The notes under the pieces were generated by a model that was given only the letters and a program-made list of their open reading frames with translations, had not been told where the DNA came from and did not search any database. A DNA stretch of 64,000 bases from positions 189,989-253,988 of the forward strand of contig JBOEGD010000010.1 of the NCBI GenBank assembly GCA_050633245.1, read 5' to 3'. The stretch comes from Calditrichia bacterium (lineage in GTDB: Bacteria > Calditrichota > Calditrichia > RBG-13-44-9 > J075). The translations under genes were made by a program, and so were the position numbers. Shown here piece after piece: positions 8,851 to 19,104 of the stretch (position 1 is its first letter; every line of letters starts with the position of its first letter).

Positions 8851-10302
8851 ATGAGTTTAATGGAACGCATTAAGATCCCTCACGTTTTCGTCCTGTTAAT
8901 CGCAGTCACTTTTATTTGTTCATTACTTACCTACATTATTCCTTCCGGTGAATATCAGCGACAGGAAAAAGTCGTTGGTGGCAGCACGCGAACAGTTATT
9001 CAACCTGGCACGTATTCAGAGTTACCAAAGCACTTCTCTTCAGAAGCGATGATCTTCGGTGACAGCGAGGAAGGGAAAGCATCTCCGGTAAGCCTGGTGC
9101 AGTTTTTGAGTGCAATTCCACGTGGACTGGAGAAATCTGCCGACATCATCTTCTTTATTTTTATAATTGGCGGCGTATTGGGAATTATTCAACGCACTGG
9201 CACAATTACCGCGTTTCTGCGAATGCTTATAGACAAGTTGGGTAACTCGGGAGCATGGTTAATTGGCTTTCTTATGATTCTGCTTGCCGTTGGCGGTTCA
9301 ACGCTTGGCATGGGAGAAGAGTTTATCCCTTTAATACCGATATTTCTGCTGGTGGGTAAGGAATTGGGCTATGATCGTCTTTTTGGGCTCGCCATCGTCG
9401 TTTTAGCTGCCGATACCGGCTTCGCAGCGGCGACAACGAACCCGTTTACCGTAAACATTGCTCAAGGAATTGCCGAGATACCACTAAATGGTGACATTCC
9501 TTTTCGCCTTGTTTTTCTCTTCTTTGCTCTTGGCTTATCTATTACCTATCTCCTGCGCTATGGCAATCGAGTAAAAAAAGATCCTTCTGCCTCATTATTG
9601 AATGAAGACACCTTTGATTTTCAACACCTTGAGATGAAAGAGGAACCGTTTCTAAGACAGCATGCCCTCATTATTGCATCATCCGTCTTAATTTTCAGCT
9701 TCATCTTATATATGGTTATTAACCACGGTTGGTGGATGAATGAAATGGCCGGTGGGTTCCTCCTCATGGGTTTTGCAACAGTTGCCTTATCCGATTTATC
9801 ACTTGAAGAGTCAACCTCTTCTTTTATCAAAGGCATGGAAGAAATGGTAGTTGCGGCTTTGGTTGTCGGATTTGCTCGTGCAATTGAAGTGGTGCTACAA
9901 GACGGGCAAATTATTGATACGCTTATCTTTTCCGCCGCCAGCATGCTTCAAGGCTTCCCAAACTATGTAGCAGCTCAGGGCATGTTAATATTCCAATCGA
10001 CACTAAACTTTCTTATTCCATCGGGCTCCGGTCAGGCAGCAGTTACAATGCCGCTAATGGCTCCATTAGCAGACGTACTGGGCATCAGCAGGCAAACGGC
10101 AGTATTTGCCTTTACCTGCGGGGACGGTTTTTCAAACACAATTGTTCCAACTTCCGGTGTGTTGATGGCTTATCTGAGCCTTGCCAAAGTTCCATATATG
10201 ACCTGGCTACGCTTTATGTTTCCCCTGTTTATACAGCTTATGGTGCTATCTGCTCTATTCCTGGCGATTTCTGTTTTGTTCCCGGTTGTTTGGACTTGGT
10301 AA
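8851..10302 (+). CDS. yfcC: YfcC/DcuC-family membrane transporter
   Basis: KIPHVFVLL..LTYIIPSGEY, GGSTLGMGEE, TTNPFTV.IAQ.IAE, FLIPSGSGQA..TMP, GDGFSN.IVPTSG. Confidence 0.9.
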   Translation: MSLMERIKIPHVFVLLIAVTFICSLLTYIIPSGEYQRQEKVVGGSTRTVIQPGTYSELPKHFSSEAMIFGDSEEGKASPVSLVQFLSAIPRGLEKSADIIFFIFIIGGVLGIIQRTGTITAFLRMLIDKLGNSGAWLIGFLMILLAVGGSTLGMGEEFIPLIPIFLLVGKELGYDRLFGLAIVVLAADTGFAAATTNPFTVNIAQGIAEIPLNGDIPFRLVFLFFALGLSITYLLRYGNRVKKDPSASLLNEDTFDFQHLEMKEEPFLRQHALIIASSVLIFSFILYMVINHGWWMNEMAGGFLLMGFATVALSDLSLEESTSSFIKGMEEMVVAALVVGFARAIEVVLQDGQIIDTLIFSAASMLQGFPNYVAAQGMLIFQSTLNFLIPSGSGQAAVTMPLMAPLADVLGISRQTAVFAFTCGDGFSNTIVPTSGVLMAYLSLAKVPYMTWLRFMFPLFIQLMVLSALFLAISVLFPVVWTW

Positions 10303-10359
10303 ATTTGAACCTGGTAATATCGTTTAAATGAACATAAAAAATATCGAAATAGTGACGGG

Positions 10360-10385
10360 TGTAACACCATTTTGCCCCACTCGTT
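10360..10385 (+). promoter_or_regulatory. Possible ECF-sigma promoter TGTAAC-N16-CGTT
   Basis: Matches the generic ECF AAC...CGT consensus, about 275 bp upstream of the PP2C gene. Confidence 0.3.
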
Positions 10386-10660
10386 GCTTACTTTTCAAGC
10401 TGTAGCAGTTCTGCGCTCCTGCTACAGCTAATGCCCGTGATGTTAGCCTAAAAGCTACGTTATAACGTGGGATGAATCATGCTGTGGGATGACCTCATTA
10501 TTTTCTAATGAAACAGACCCGTTTTGTTAGCTCGGATTATTCGCATCACCCTGATCATTTTTCGAAATAGCCTTTTCGTTTTGGCTGCGGGATTTTCCTT
10601 ATTCGGCCAAACGGCCCTTGCTAATTTCTGCGCAAAGCACCTAACTGGAACTAAAAAAAC

Positions 10661-13600
10661 ATGTTACGTATTTTTGCCCGCACAGATATCGGTCGCATAA
10701 GACACGGAAACGAAGACGCTTATCTCGTTGCAGATACAACCAGCGAGAATGAATTTATGCTCCCCGCTGTGCAGGAATTCCCCCTGCGCGACACCGGAAT
10801 TGTTCTGATGGTGTCCGATGGCATGGGAGGCGCTGCCGCCGGAGAAGTAGCAAGCCGACTGGCCACCAACACCCTGCAGAATGAACTTAAGTTTACTACT
10901 CCTCCCGATGAGACCTCTTGTATCCGAGCATTGGTAGACAGCCTGCAAACAGCGAACAAAGTGATTGCTCAACATGCCAGAGAACACCCTGAAATGCGTG
11001 GCATGGGTGCTACGGCTACCGTAATGATCATTTTGGAACGCCGACTGTATATTGGTCAGGTCGGTGACAGCCGAGCCTATATTGTCCGTGGAAACACCAT
11101 ACTTCAGCTCACTAAAGATCAATCATTTGTAAATCAGCTGCTCGAAGCCGGAAAAATTACCGAGGAAGAAGCAGAGAACCATCCACGTCGAAACGTCATC
11201 CTGCAGGCACTTGGTAATGAGAGTGAACTAAATGTTGCGATAAGCACGCTGGAAATCCGCAAAAATGACAAGATTTTGATCTGCAGTGACGGTCTTTCAG
11301 GTTTCCTGAAAAAAGAGGCCATGTTAGATATTATGCTCGAAGCAGGAGATCTACAGCAAGCAACACATGATTTGGTTGATCTTGCCAATGAATATGGCGG
11401 ACAGGATAATATTACCGCCGTGCTGGCAGAGATTGTAAGCGTTAAGGAGTACGAGCAAAAAGATGATAAGGTGTTGATTGCCGCACCGTCGAGCGACTTT
11501 CTCGGCAAGCCCCAGCCCGTTGCAGCAACGCACGACATGGATACCGTCGAGTTTGATAGCACAGCTCGCATGATGGCAGAAAAAGCCAGGCTGCAGGCGG
11601 AGATAGCCAAGTTGGCTGCTGCCCGTTCTTCTCTGAGAGAAGAAGCCAAACGAATTGCAAGACAAGCTGCCGAGGTTGAGGCTGGAAAGCTGGCGTTGGC
11701 ACGCGATACTCTACAAGGCGAAGCGCATCGTTTGGCCGCTCGCGCCGCGGATATCCAACAACAGGCTCAGGACGCCAAAATTCAGGCAGAGACAGCCAGT
11801 CGCAAGGAAGAAGAGGCAGAAAAAGCACTGGAAGACGCAGAGCAGGTTCGTGCCGAAGCACTCCTGATCCGTGAAGATGCCTTGCAATACGCTGCAGAAG
11901 AAGAAAATCGACAGCTGGAAGAAAAAGAGCAAGAAGTGCTTCAGGCACGTGCAGAAGTAGAAAAACTTCGCACCGAAGCCGAAAATGCCATTCGCGAAGC
12001 CCGAAGAATTACCAAAGTTGAGCGCGATATGAGATCGGCTGAGGAAGAATCGGCCAAAAGACTTGCTGAAAAAGAAGCAGAAGTAGAACAAGCCCGACGA
12101 GAGGCGGAGGAAGCACGTCGTGAGGTAGAGCTGGCAAGACGTGAGTTTGAGCGCGTTTCCCAAGAGCAGGAAGCAGCACGAATGTCGCGAGCGAAAGAAA
12201 ACCTGACGCTAATGGCCAAAGATGAAGAAATTGAGCGCGTGCGCAAGGAAGCCGAACAGGCAAGACTGGATGCACAGCTGGCTCGCGAAGAAGCACTCCG
12301 ATTTGCCGAAGTAGAAGAAGAAACTCGCCTGGCAAGACAACATGAAATAGAACGACTTGAACAACGTGGACGCGAATTGGCAAAAGCCAAAGCTGAAGCG
12401 GAAGAAGCGCGCAAGGAAGCCGAAAGAGCTCGACTGGAGTTGGAAGAAGCACGTAACCAGGCAAAGTCTGCTGCAACCGCTCAAGAGTCTGCTGAAGAGG
12501 CAAAGCAGGAAGCAGAACAGGCCAAAAAAGAAGCAGAAATTGCAAGGCTGCAAACAGCCAAGGCCAAGAGCGAAGCGGAAGAAGCAAGGGCTGAAGCAGA
12601 AGAAGCGCGTAAAAAAGCTCTCGAAGCAGTTAAGATCGAAGAAGAAGCTGAGCAGGCCAAACTCGACGCCGAAAAAACAGTGGAAGAAGCAGAACAGGCC
12701 AAACTCGACGCTGAGAAGACTATTGAAGAAGCCAATCGCGCTAAAGAAGAATACATGCAGGCCAGCGAGCAAGCTGTTGAGGCCGCAAAGAAGGAAGCAG
12801 AGGCTGCGATAAAAGCTGCCGAGGCGGAGGCAGCCCGCAAGAGTGCCGAAGCAGAAGCCAATGCAAAAATGGCAGTAAATGCTCGTGCCGAAGCCGAGGC
12901 GTTGAAGATGGAGGCTGAAGCCATTGCGGCGGCAAAAGAAGTTGAAGCAGAAGCTGCCAGACAAGAAGCACAACGTGCTAAATCCGAGGCTGAGATGGTT
13001 CGCAGTCAGTTAGAGCACCAAGCCACGCTAAAAGAGGATGAGGCGAAGGCCGCGTTGCGCGAAGCCCTGGATGCGAAGGCTGAAGCTGAGGCGACAAAGG
13101 AACAGATACAACATCGCGCTGCTGAGAAAGAAATAGAAGCTGAGGCCGCACGCCAGGAAGCACTAAAGGCCAAGACTGAGGCAGAAGAGGCAAAGCAAAC
13201 GCTCGAAACCCTTATGGTTGAGATTGAAGACGATGTAGGTCAGGCTCGAAAAGAGGCGCTCGAAGCACAGGCAGAGGCCGAACGCGCAAAAAAACACGCC
13301 CTTGATGAAGCAGAGAAAGCCAAACAGGCCAAGACTGAAGCTGAAAGAGAAGTTGAACGCGTTCGCGACCGATTAACCCGGCTGATTGAAACAGATTGGA
13401 TGATCAACAAGCCAGCAGCTGAACGAGCGCAAAGTTATGCTACACCAGCTGAGAGCAGCGACGACACACGCCCGAGGCGCCAACAAGCGAAGCAGGAAGC
13501 AAGCCCCCCACTAGAGATGGAAATGGAGGGATCATCACCAGATGATGAAGTAGACGATGTATCAAATAATGCAGCAGAGGACGCTAATCCACAAAAAACT

Positions 13601-14437
13601 GATGACATGGTAACCGAAGATGAGCTCTTCCAGCCTGAGTCTAAGAACCATGAGGAAGAAACTATTGTCTCAGAAATTGCGCCTGCTGTTGACCCATCAG
13701 CGAAATCGGAAGAGAAGCCTACCAAGTTCGAAGAGACAGACTTCGACTTTTCTGAGGATATGACAGGTGGATTTTCATCAAGCATTCCACTTGATGATCT
13801 GCTTGAAAGTCAACGCCTCGCGCGCGCAATTCAGGAGAGAGATGCTGAAAAGCCTCCTGCTGAAGACGAGCCTGAAGATTCAATGCAAACCAAGGAATTG
13901 CCGAAAGCAAAAAAAGAAGATGAAACGCTTTATCCTATATACCAGGAAGAAGTCGCGCGAAAAAATCGGGCACAGCAGGAAAGAGAACGAAGGTTTCGAA
14001 ACTTTCAAGACCGTGCACGCACGATAGCTCACGACCCTGCACCGGGTAGCAAGGATACCCGAAAGTCTATTGTGAGATACCTGAACGGCATCCCAATTGT
14101 ATCGAACGTTGCAGCAAAATTTGTCGGGTTAATAAGTGATGACAAGAAGAGTGGTGAGAGAATACTTCTTGAGACAAAGCTGCAGGATCTTAGGTCGCAG
14201 CTGCTTAACTTTATCCACAGCAATGAGCGCTCCCTTGAGGCGCATCCAAAGGGTCAGAGTCTGTTAGATGAAGGTGATGAACTGGCAGACACACTGGACA
14301 TCGTTCAAATGAATATCGAAAAGAATGATTTTGAACCGGCAGCTCAACTTATTGAGCACGTGTCTACGGCCTATAAAGGCTGGAAGAAGAATGCTGAAGC
14401 CGTTCTGAAATACAACTCCGGCAAACAAGGCTTTTAA
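10661..14437 (+). CDS. PP2C (PrpC/Stp1-type) Ser/Thr phosphatase fused to a very long Ala/Glu/Lys-rich coiled coil, an acidic linker and a C-terminal helical domain
   Basis: RTDIGRIRHGNEDAY, VSDGMGGAAAGEVAS, GMGATAT, VGDSRAY, ICSDGL, GGQDNIT in the first ~260 aa; then a long EAEEARKEAE-type stretch. Confidence 0.9.
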   Translation: MLRIFARTDIGRIRHGNEDAYLVADTTSENEFMLPAVQEFPLRDTGIVLMVSDGMGGAAAGEVASRLATNTLQNELKFTTPPDETSCIRALVDSLQTANKVIAQHAREHPEMRGMGATATVMIILERRLYIGQVGDSRAYIVRGNTILQLTKDQSFVNQLLEAGKITEEEAENHPRRNVILQALGNESELNVAISTLEIRKNDKILICSDGLSGFLKKEAMLDIMLEAGDLQQATHDLVDLANEYGGQDNITAVLAEIVSVKEYEQKDDKVLIAAPSSDFLGKPQPVAATHDMDTVEFDSTARMMAEKARLQAEIAKLAAARSSLREEAKRIARQAAEVEAGKLALARDTLQGEAHRLAARAADIQQQAQDAKIQAETASRKEEEAEKALEDAEQVRAEALLIREDALQYAAEEENRQLEEKEQEVLQARAEVEKLRTEAENAIREARRITKVERDMRSAEEESAKRLAEKEAEVEQARREAEEARREVELARREFERVSQEQEAARMSRAKENLTLMAKDEEIERVRKEAEQARLDAQLAREEALRFAEVEEETRLARQHEIERLEQRGRELAKAKAEAEEARKEAERARLELEEARNQAKSAATAQESAEEAKQEAEQAKKEAEIARLQTAKAKSEAEEARAEAEEARKKALEAVKIEEEAEQAKLDAEKTVEEAEQAKLDAEKTIEEANRAKEEYMQASEQAVEAAKKEAEAAIKAAEAEAARKSAEAEANAKMAVNARAEAEALKMEAEAIAAAKEVEAEAARQEAQRAKSEAEMVRSQLEHQATLKEDEAKAALREALDAKAEAEATKEQIQHRAAEKEIEAEAARQEALKAKTEAEEAKQTLETLMVEIEDDVGQARKEALEAQAEAERAKKHALDEAEKAKQAKTEAEREVERVRDRLTRLIETDWMINKPAAERAQSYATPAESSDDTRPRRQQAKQEASPPLEMEMEGSSPDDEVDDVSNNAAEDANPQKTDDMVTEDELFQPESKNHEEETIVSEIAPAVDPSAKSEEKPTKFEETDFDFSEDMTGGFSSSIPLDDLLESQRLARAIQERDAEKPPAEDEPEDSMQTKELPKAKKEDETLYPIYQEEVARKNRAQQERERRFRNFQDRARTIAHDPAPGSKDTRKSIVRYLNGIPIVSNVAAKFVGLISDDKKSGERILLETKLQDLRSQLLNFIHSNERSLEAHPKGQSLLDEGDELADTLDIVQMNIEKNDFEPAAQLIEHVSTAYKGWKKNAEAVLKYNSGKQGF

Positions 14438-14442
14438 AAGCC

Positions 14443-14474
14443 ACGAGCCTTTCCTCTCAAGAGAAAAGGCTCGT
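14443..14474. terminator. Bidirectional terminator between convergent phosphatase genes
   Basis: ACGAGCCTTT.CTCT-CA-AGAG.AAAGGCTCGT stem-loop. Confidence 0.65.
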
Positions 14475-14507
14475 AGTGGTCTTGGGGACCTCCCTGAATA
14501 TCTTATC

Positions 14508-15818
14508 TTACGCGCGCTTTAACACAATCAATGTCATATCATCCGTTAAAGATTCTGAAGCACTAAAGCGTCTAATCTCTCGCACAATCTTCCTACCAAG
14601 AGACTCTGCGCACAGAAAAAAGTTATCTCTTACGATATCGCGAAGTCGATTTTTGCCAAACTGCTCCTTTTGAGCACTCATCGCTTCTGTTACACCATCA
14701 GAAAACAAAACGATTGTATCTCCTTCATCCACCTTAACCTCAGATTCGCTGTAGTCGAATGAATCCATTATTCCGATGGGCAAACCATGACTGTCTAATT
14801 TGCCGATTGTTCCATCCTGCTTGATTACTACCGGCGGCATGTGACCAGCATTTACATACTTTAGCCGATGGGTTTGATAATTTAATGTCGCCCAGAAAAA
14901 AGTAGCAAACATGTCGTTCCCTGTATAGAGGCAAAAGTGATTATTCAACTTCTGCACGATGCTTCGACATGAATCTATCTCGTTCACACAGGCATGCAAA
15001 AAGGCATGCGCGTTAGCTGTTAATAATGCGGCCGGAACACCTTTACCGGAAACATCCGCCAGGCCGAATGACATTGTTCGCGGGAATGGGAAAAAGTCAT
15101 AATAATCTCCACCGACGTATGCCGAGGGCTTGTTATAGGCGTACAAGTCGTATCCCGATATTTGCGGCGTATTTTTCGGTAACAGCTGACGCTGTATAGC
15201 GACCGCACGACTGATCTCTTTTTCTAGTTCCCTTCCGGAACGTGCCTCATTTTGCAAAAGCGTATTTTGAATGGCCAGTGCAATTAAGTCTGCCATCGTC
15301 AGTAGATACTGCGTATCCTTGCGATCAAAAATGCCATCGCGTTTATTTATAACCTGAAGACAACCGCTAATCACGCCAGATCTATTTATTAGTGGCACGA
15401 TTAGAAAGGAGCGAACCGGTTGCCGACCAATTCGAGAAATCTCCGACGGGTATCTGGAGTCATCATGAAGGGCATCTGCAACATTTACCACCTTACCCGT
15501 TTTGATAACGTAATCGGCAATGCCACCACCACAGGGTTGAACGATCTGGGAAATGCGTCCTTTTTCAATAACGTGGGCTCGGAGCTCTCGACGCTGAGAA
15601 TTGTGTAAGTAAAAAACCGCATTTTCTGCATCCAAGACTCTGCTAATTTCCTCAAGTATCAGCTTCAACTGTTGTTCCAGCTGCTGTCTTGAGTTTAACA
15701 AGCGAGTCATACCGAGCATCGCGGAAAGTTGACGAGACAAATTCTGTGAATAGTGAAAGCGTGTGCTGGGCATATCTATTTCGTTCGTGACGGGTAATCC
15801 TGTTTGAGTCGTATTCAT
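14508..15818 (-). CDS. GAF-domain SpoIIE/RsbU-type phosphatase
   Basis: GAF region (GGIADYVIKTGKVVNVADA, RSFLIVPL, LQVINK); VGGDYYD, ADVSGKGVPAAL, NAGHMPP, FSDGVTEA, DDMTLIV. Confidence 0.92.
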   Translation of the reverse strand: MNTTQTGLPVTNEIDMPSTRFHYSQNLSRQLSAMLGMTRLLNSRQQLEQQLKLILEEISRVLDAENAVFYLHNSQRRELRAHVIEKGRISQIVQPCGGGIADYVIKTGKVVNVADALHDDSRYPSEISRIGRQPVRSFLIVPLINRSGVISGCLQVINKRDGIFDRKDTQYLLTMADLIALAIQNTLLQNEARSGRELEKEISRAVAIQRQLLPKNTPQISGYDLYAYNKPSAYVGGDYYDFFPFPRTMSFGLADVSGKGVPAALLTANAHAFLHACVNEIDSCRSIVQKLNNHFCLYTGNDMFATFFWATLNYQTHRLKYVNAGHMPPVVIKQDGTIGKLDSHGLPIGIMDSFDYSESEVKVDEGDTIVLFSDGVTEAMSAQKEQFGKNRLRDIVRDNFFLCAESLGRKIVREIRRFSASESLTDDMTLIVLKRA

Positions 15819-15889
15819 TTTATCTTCCTTTGATATGCATCTATATAATAAGAGCGCCGCAACCGGTAAAAATCTCAGACTTTTATTAT

Positions 15890-17071
15890 TTATCCTGCAC
15901 TTGTTGCTGCCTCCATCGTCGCAGACGGCATGTATTCAACAGCTACAGGCAGCATTATCGAGACACAACTCCCCTGCCCTGAGCCAGAGCTTTCAATCTT
16001 CAATTTTCCTCCATGGCGTTCGACAATTGCTTTTCCTGCCGTCAGGCCAATTCCCACTCCAGAGCCCAGGAACTCTGTTTTACTACTGTGATGATGCATT
16101 GGGTTACCTGTCGCGGAGAATGGCCTTAGCACCTCATCCAGATAATTCTCTGCGATTCCAATGCCGTTATCGAGAACCGTTATTTGAATCGTTCTGTTCT
16201 CTTCACGTGCTACAACTTCAATTCTTCCTCCGTCTGGAGTGTATTTCATTGCATTGGACAACACGTTATCTACGATCTGTTCGATTTCTTTTGCTTCGAG
16301 GTTCAATTTTATCTCAGCTGGACAGTCGACGGTAAGTGCCAGATTTCTATCCTGTGATGCAGTACGATAGCTATCTGTTACGTGCAGCAGAATATCCCGC
16401 AGGCATATAGATCGAGGAGTCGGAAAGCTGATATTATTGGGAACAGAAAGGGCAGCCAATAGATTATTTAACAAACTATTCATACGATTTGAACCTTTTA
16501 CGGCATTGTGCAGAAACTTTTGCTGCACTTCGTTAAGATCACCTAAATTTTGTTTAAGCATCTCCAATGAGCTGCTTACTATTGTTGCCGGCGTGCGGAG
16601 CTCATGGTTCACCATCATCATAAAACGTTCTCGCGGAAGTAGCGCTGCAGCGTCACTCGCAACAATGTTGCGGTGAACCTCTCTCGCGGCAAGCGTTGTC
16701 TGCAAAACGTGATTTTTACGAGTCAGGTGAACCTGCTTGAGTCCGCAACGCAGAGCAGCTTGCAGGCCCAATCCTTCATCTGGATGCGGAACCAGAAGAT
16801 CGAATAGCTCGCTGTCTATATGTTGTTCTGATGTGCCAACCAGAATGCGAAAGACATTTGGCTGAAGAGAGCCAACCGCCTTTAGAAATTCTTCGCCATT
16901 CTGTTTAGCAATGGCTATAGCAATATCGACAGGTTTACTTTTAAGGTAGTTTGATGTCTTAACTGTTTGCAGAAAAACCGGGTTTATCTGCTCGCCGGCA
17001 TCAACGCTCGCTTGAATCTCTGATCGAATATTAAGGTGGGTATCATTTACAAGAATGGTTATTGCAGACAT
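15890..17071 (-). CDS. Cytoplasmic histidine kinase (HisKA-HATPase) with a degenerate receiver-like N-terminus
   Basis: NHELRTP, NVLSNAMKYTPDGG, DNGIGI, GVGIGL; no TM segment. Confidence 0.88.
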   Translation of the reverse strand: MSAITILVNDTHLNIRSEIQASVDAGEQINPVFLQTVKTSNYLKSKPVDIAIAIAKQNGEEFLKAVGSLQPNVFRILVGTSEQHIDSELFDLLVPHPDEGLGLQAALRCGLKQVHLTRKNHVLQTTLAAREVHRNIVASDAAALLPRERFMMMVNHELRTPATIVSSSLEMLKQNLGDLNEVQQKFLHNAVKGSNRMNSLLNNLLAALSVPNNISFPTPRSICLRDILLHVTDSYRTASQDRNLALTVDCPAEIKLNLEAKEIEQIVDNVLSNAMKYTPDGGRIEVVAREENRTIQITVLDNGIGIAENYLDEVLRPFSATGNPMHHHSSKTEFLGSGVGIGLTAGKAIVERHGGKLKIESSGSGQGSCVSIMLPVAVEYMPSATMEAATSAG

Positions 17072-17164
17072 AACATGCTCCCTTTGTTATCGCGTTGCGG
17101 CTAACTCCGATAACCGCGTATACAAAACAAGAGCAGGAACAGGCTTATATTTTCTCAAAAGAAT

Positions 17165-17196
17165 AAAAAAAGCCCCTGCAAAAATGCAGAGGCTTT
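17165..17196 (-). terminator. Intrinsic terminator of the nfeD-floA operon
   Basis: AAAGCC.CTGCA...TGCAG.GGCTTT stem with a U-tail on the minus strand. Confidence 0.7.
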
Positions 17197-17210
17197 AAGA
17201 ATGACTGACG

Positions 17211-17723
17211 TTACTTATGTCCAATCGGAAGCCGTGGTCGCATTGCCATCGGCTTATCCAGGATTTCCTTAATAATAATGGACTTTCGCAGGCTGCGCTT
17301 GGAACTAAGCATTTCTACCAGAGGGGTCTTCTTTTTCGGCTTTCGCCTGGGCGTTACAATTGGAGGCCCTTCCGAATGCACCTTCGACCAGTCGTGTAGA
17401 TTTTCTTGTTCCTCGTGGTCGTGGAATTGCCGTGCCGGCATATCCGGCTTAGCATACTCTTTTCGCTCTCGCGGTTTTGGCGGAGGAGGCGGAGCAGGCT
17501 CCGGATCGGGAATATCCAACAGGTCTCTCAAGAACTCAGGAATCTGAATTTCCTGAGGTTGAGGTGTCGGCTCGGCTACCGGTGGTCGGCCTTGCTGCGG
17601 AGTGGGCACCTGCGGTCGTGGCTTGGCAGGTGGCGTTCCGGTCGATTTAGGCCGCTGTTTCTTCTTCCACGCATTGTAGACAGAAACGAGCCCCATAATT
17701 ATTAAATAGACAATTATTTCCAT
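17211..17723 (-). CDS. YqfB-like membrane-anchored proline-rich protein
   Basis: N-terminal TM, Pro-rich middle, C-terminal LRKSIIIKEILDKPMAMR motif; directly downstream of floA. Confidence 0.75.
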   Translation of the reverse strand: MEIIVYLIIMGLVSVYNAWKKKQRPKSTGTPPAKPRPQVPTPQQGRPPVAEPTPQPQEIQIPEFLRDLLDIPDPEPAPPPPPKPRERKEYAKPDMPARQFHDHEEQENLHDWSKVHSEGPPIVTPRRKPKKKTPLVEMLSSKRSLRKSIIIKEILDKPMAMRPRLPIGHK

Positions 17724-17738
17724 AGGTTGCTATTCCTT

Positions 17739-18728
17739 TTAGCTCTCGGGATCATCGTTGTCGGCTTCTCCGGCAATGCTGTCTCGCATGGATGTATCGG
17801 ACTCAATATTCTTCACATTATAATAATCGAATACACCAAGCTGACCGGCTTCGAAGGCTTTAGAGATAGCCAGTGGAACCTGCGCTTCAGACTCAACCAC
17901 TTTCGCGCGCATTTCCTGAACCTTTGCTTTCATTTCCTGCTCTTCGGCAACAGCCATTGCACGACGAGTTTCAGCCTTCGCCTGAGCAACCTTAAGATCG
18001 GCCTCAGCCTGATCGGCCTGTAGGAAAGCACCAATGTTTTTACCAACATCTACGTCAGCAATGTCAATTGAGAGAATTTCAAATGCTGTTCCGGAGTCCA
18101 AACCGCGACTAAGTACGATTTTGGAAATATTGTCCGGATTCTCCAGCACAACTGCATAGGTTTGGGCTGAGCCAATTGCGGAAACAATGCCTTCACCTAC
18201 ACGGGCAATAATGGTTTCCTCAGTAGCTCCACCCACCAGGCGTTCGATATTTGCACGCACAGTTACAAGTGCTTTGGCCTGAAGCTGAATGCCGTCCTTT
18301 GCTACCGCGGCAATCTTGCCTTCTTTTGGACAATCAATGACCTTAGGATAAACGCTGGTCTGCACGGCATCGAGTACGTTTCGTCCGGCAAGGTCAATTG
18401 CAGTAGCACGCTGAAATGGCAAGGGAATTCCGGCTTTGTCTGCGGCGATCATTGCATTTACTACCCGCGTTACATTTCCACCGGCCAGATAGTGCGTTTC
18501 CAGGTCATTTGTATTGATCTGCAAACCGGCTTTCTGAGAATTAATCAGGCCGTTAACAATTAAACTTGGGGGAATCTTACGCAGGCGCATCCCCACCAGG
18601 CTGAAAAGGCTCACTTTAACACGAGAGGCAATAGCGGTAATCCACAGTTGAACTGGAATAAAATAGAGAAAGAGTACGATAAATATAAGCAGCCCAAACA
18701 GGCTCAATAAACTAAAAACTTCTGGCAT
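17739..18728 (-). CDS. floA: Flotillin-like protein FloA (YqfA)
   Basis: [88 protein letters not shown]. Confidence 0.97.
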   Translation of the reverse strand: MPEVFSLLSLFGLLIFIVLFLYFIPVQLWITAIASRVKVSLFSLVGMRLRKIPPSLIVNGLINSQKAGLQINTNDLETHYLAGGNVTRVVNAMIAADKAGIPLPFQRATAIDLAGRNVLDAVQTSVYPKVIDCPKEGKIAAVAKDGIQLQAKALVTVRANIERLVGGATEETIIARVGEGIVSAIGSAQTYAVVLENPDNISKIVLSRGLDSGTAFEILSIDIADVDVGKNIGAFLQADQAEADLKVAQAKAETRRAMAVAEEQEMKAKVQEMRAKVVESEAQVPLAISKAFEAGQLGVFDYYNVKNIESDTSMRDSIAGEADNDDPES

Positions 18729-18846
18729 GTATTCCTCCGGAGAGTATAATTATTGATTAACGTATTCTATTTATTCGTATAAACTATATTATTTTTAATG
18801 TTCTACTAATAAACAACTGTTCTAAACCGCCACAAGTCCAAAACAA

Positions 18847-19104
18847 TCAGGTATTAGATTGCAACGGCGTCTGAACATGCTTCAGTACATCCTTACCAGG
18901 AAGATTTAATCTGCAGCTTCGTTAAACGAGAGATCGATCTCGGCTGACTTCGCAGCAATTAAGGCATTAACCGTAACAGGGATGTTCCCCCCGCGCCAGA
19001 TAATGATTTTCTAATTAACTGGCCCTTAAAAGAATACCAGCATTTTATGCCAGGATCATGTAATTCACAATTAATGAAGGCGGTGTTTTGCGCAATCGCA
19101 TTCC
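18847..19104 (-). pseudogene. Decayed floA-paralogue fragment
   Basis: Manual translation gives GMRLRKTPPSLIVNYMILA*NAGILLRAS*LENHYLA/GGNIPVTVNALIAAKSAEIDLSFNEAA/LNLPGKDVLKHVQT. This is colinear with Flo[24 protein letters not shown]...[49 protein letters not shown]; two stops and two frameshifts. Confidence 0.85.

Noticed and set aside
11134-13910. Many 100-250 aa minus-strand ORFs over the PP2C coiled coil
   Set aside because: Antisense shadows of repetitive GAA/GCA codons; Phe/Leu/Ser/Ala-biased translations with no motifs.
18729-19104. Structured ncRNA in the nfeD-floA gap
   Set aside because: Better explained by the decayed floA-like coding sequence.
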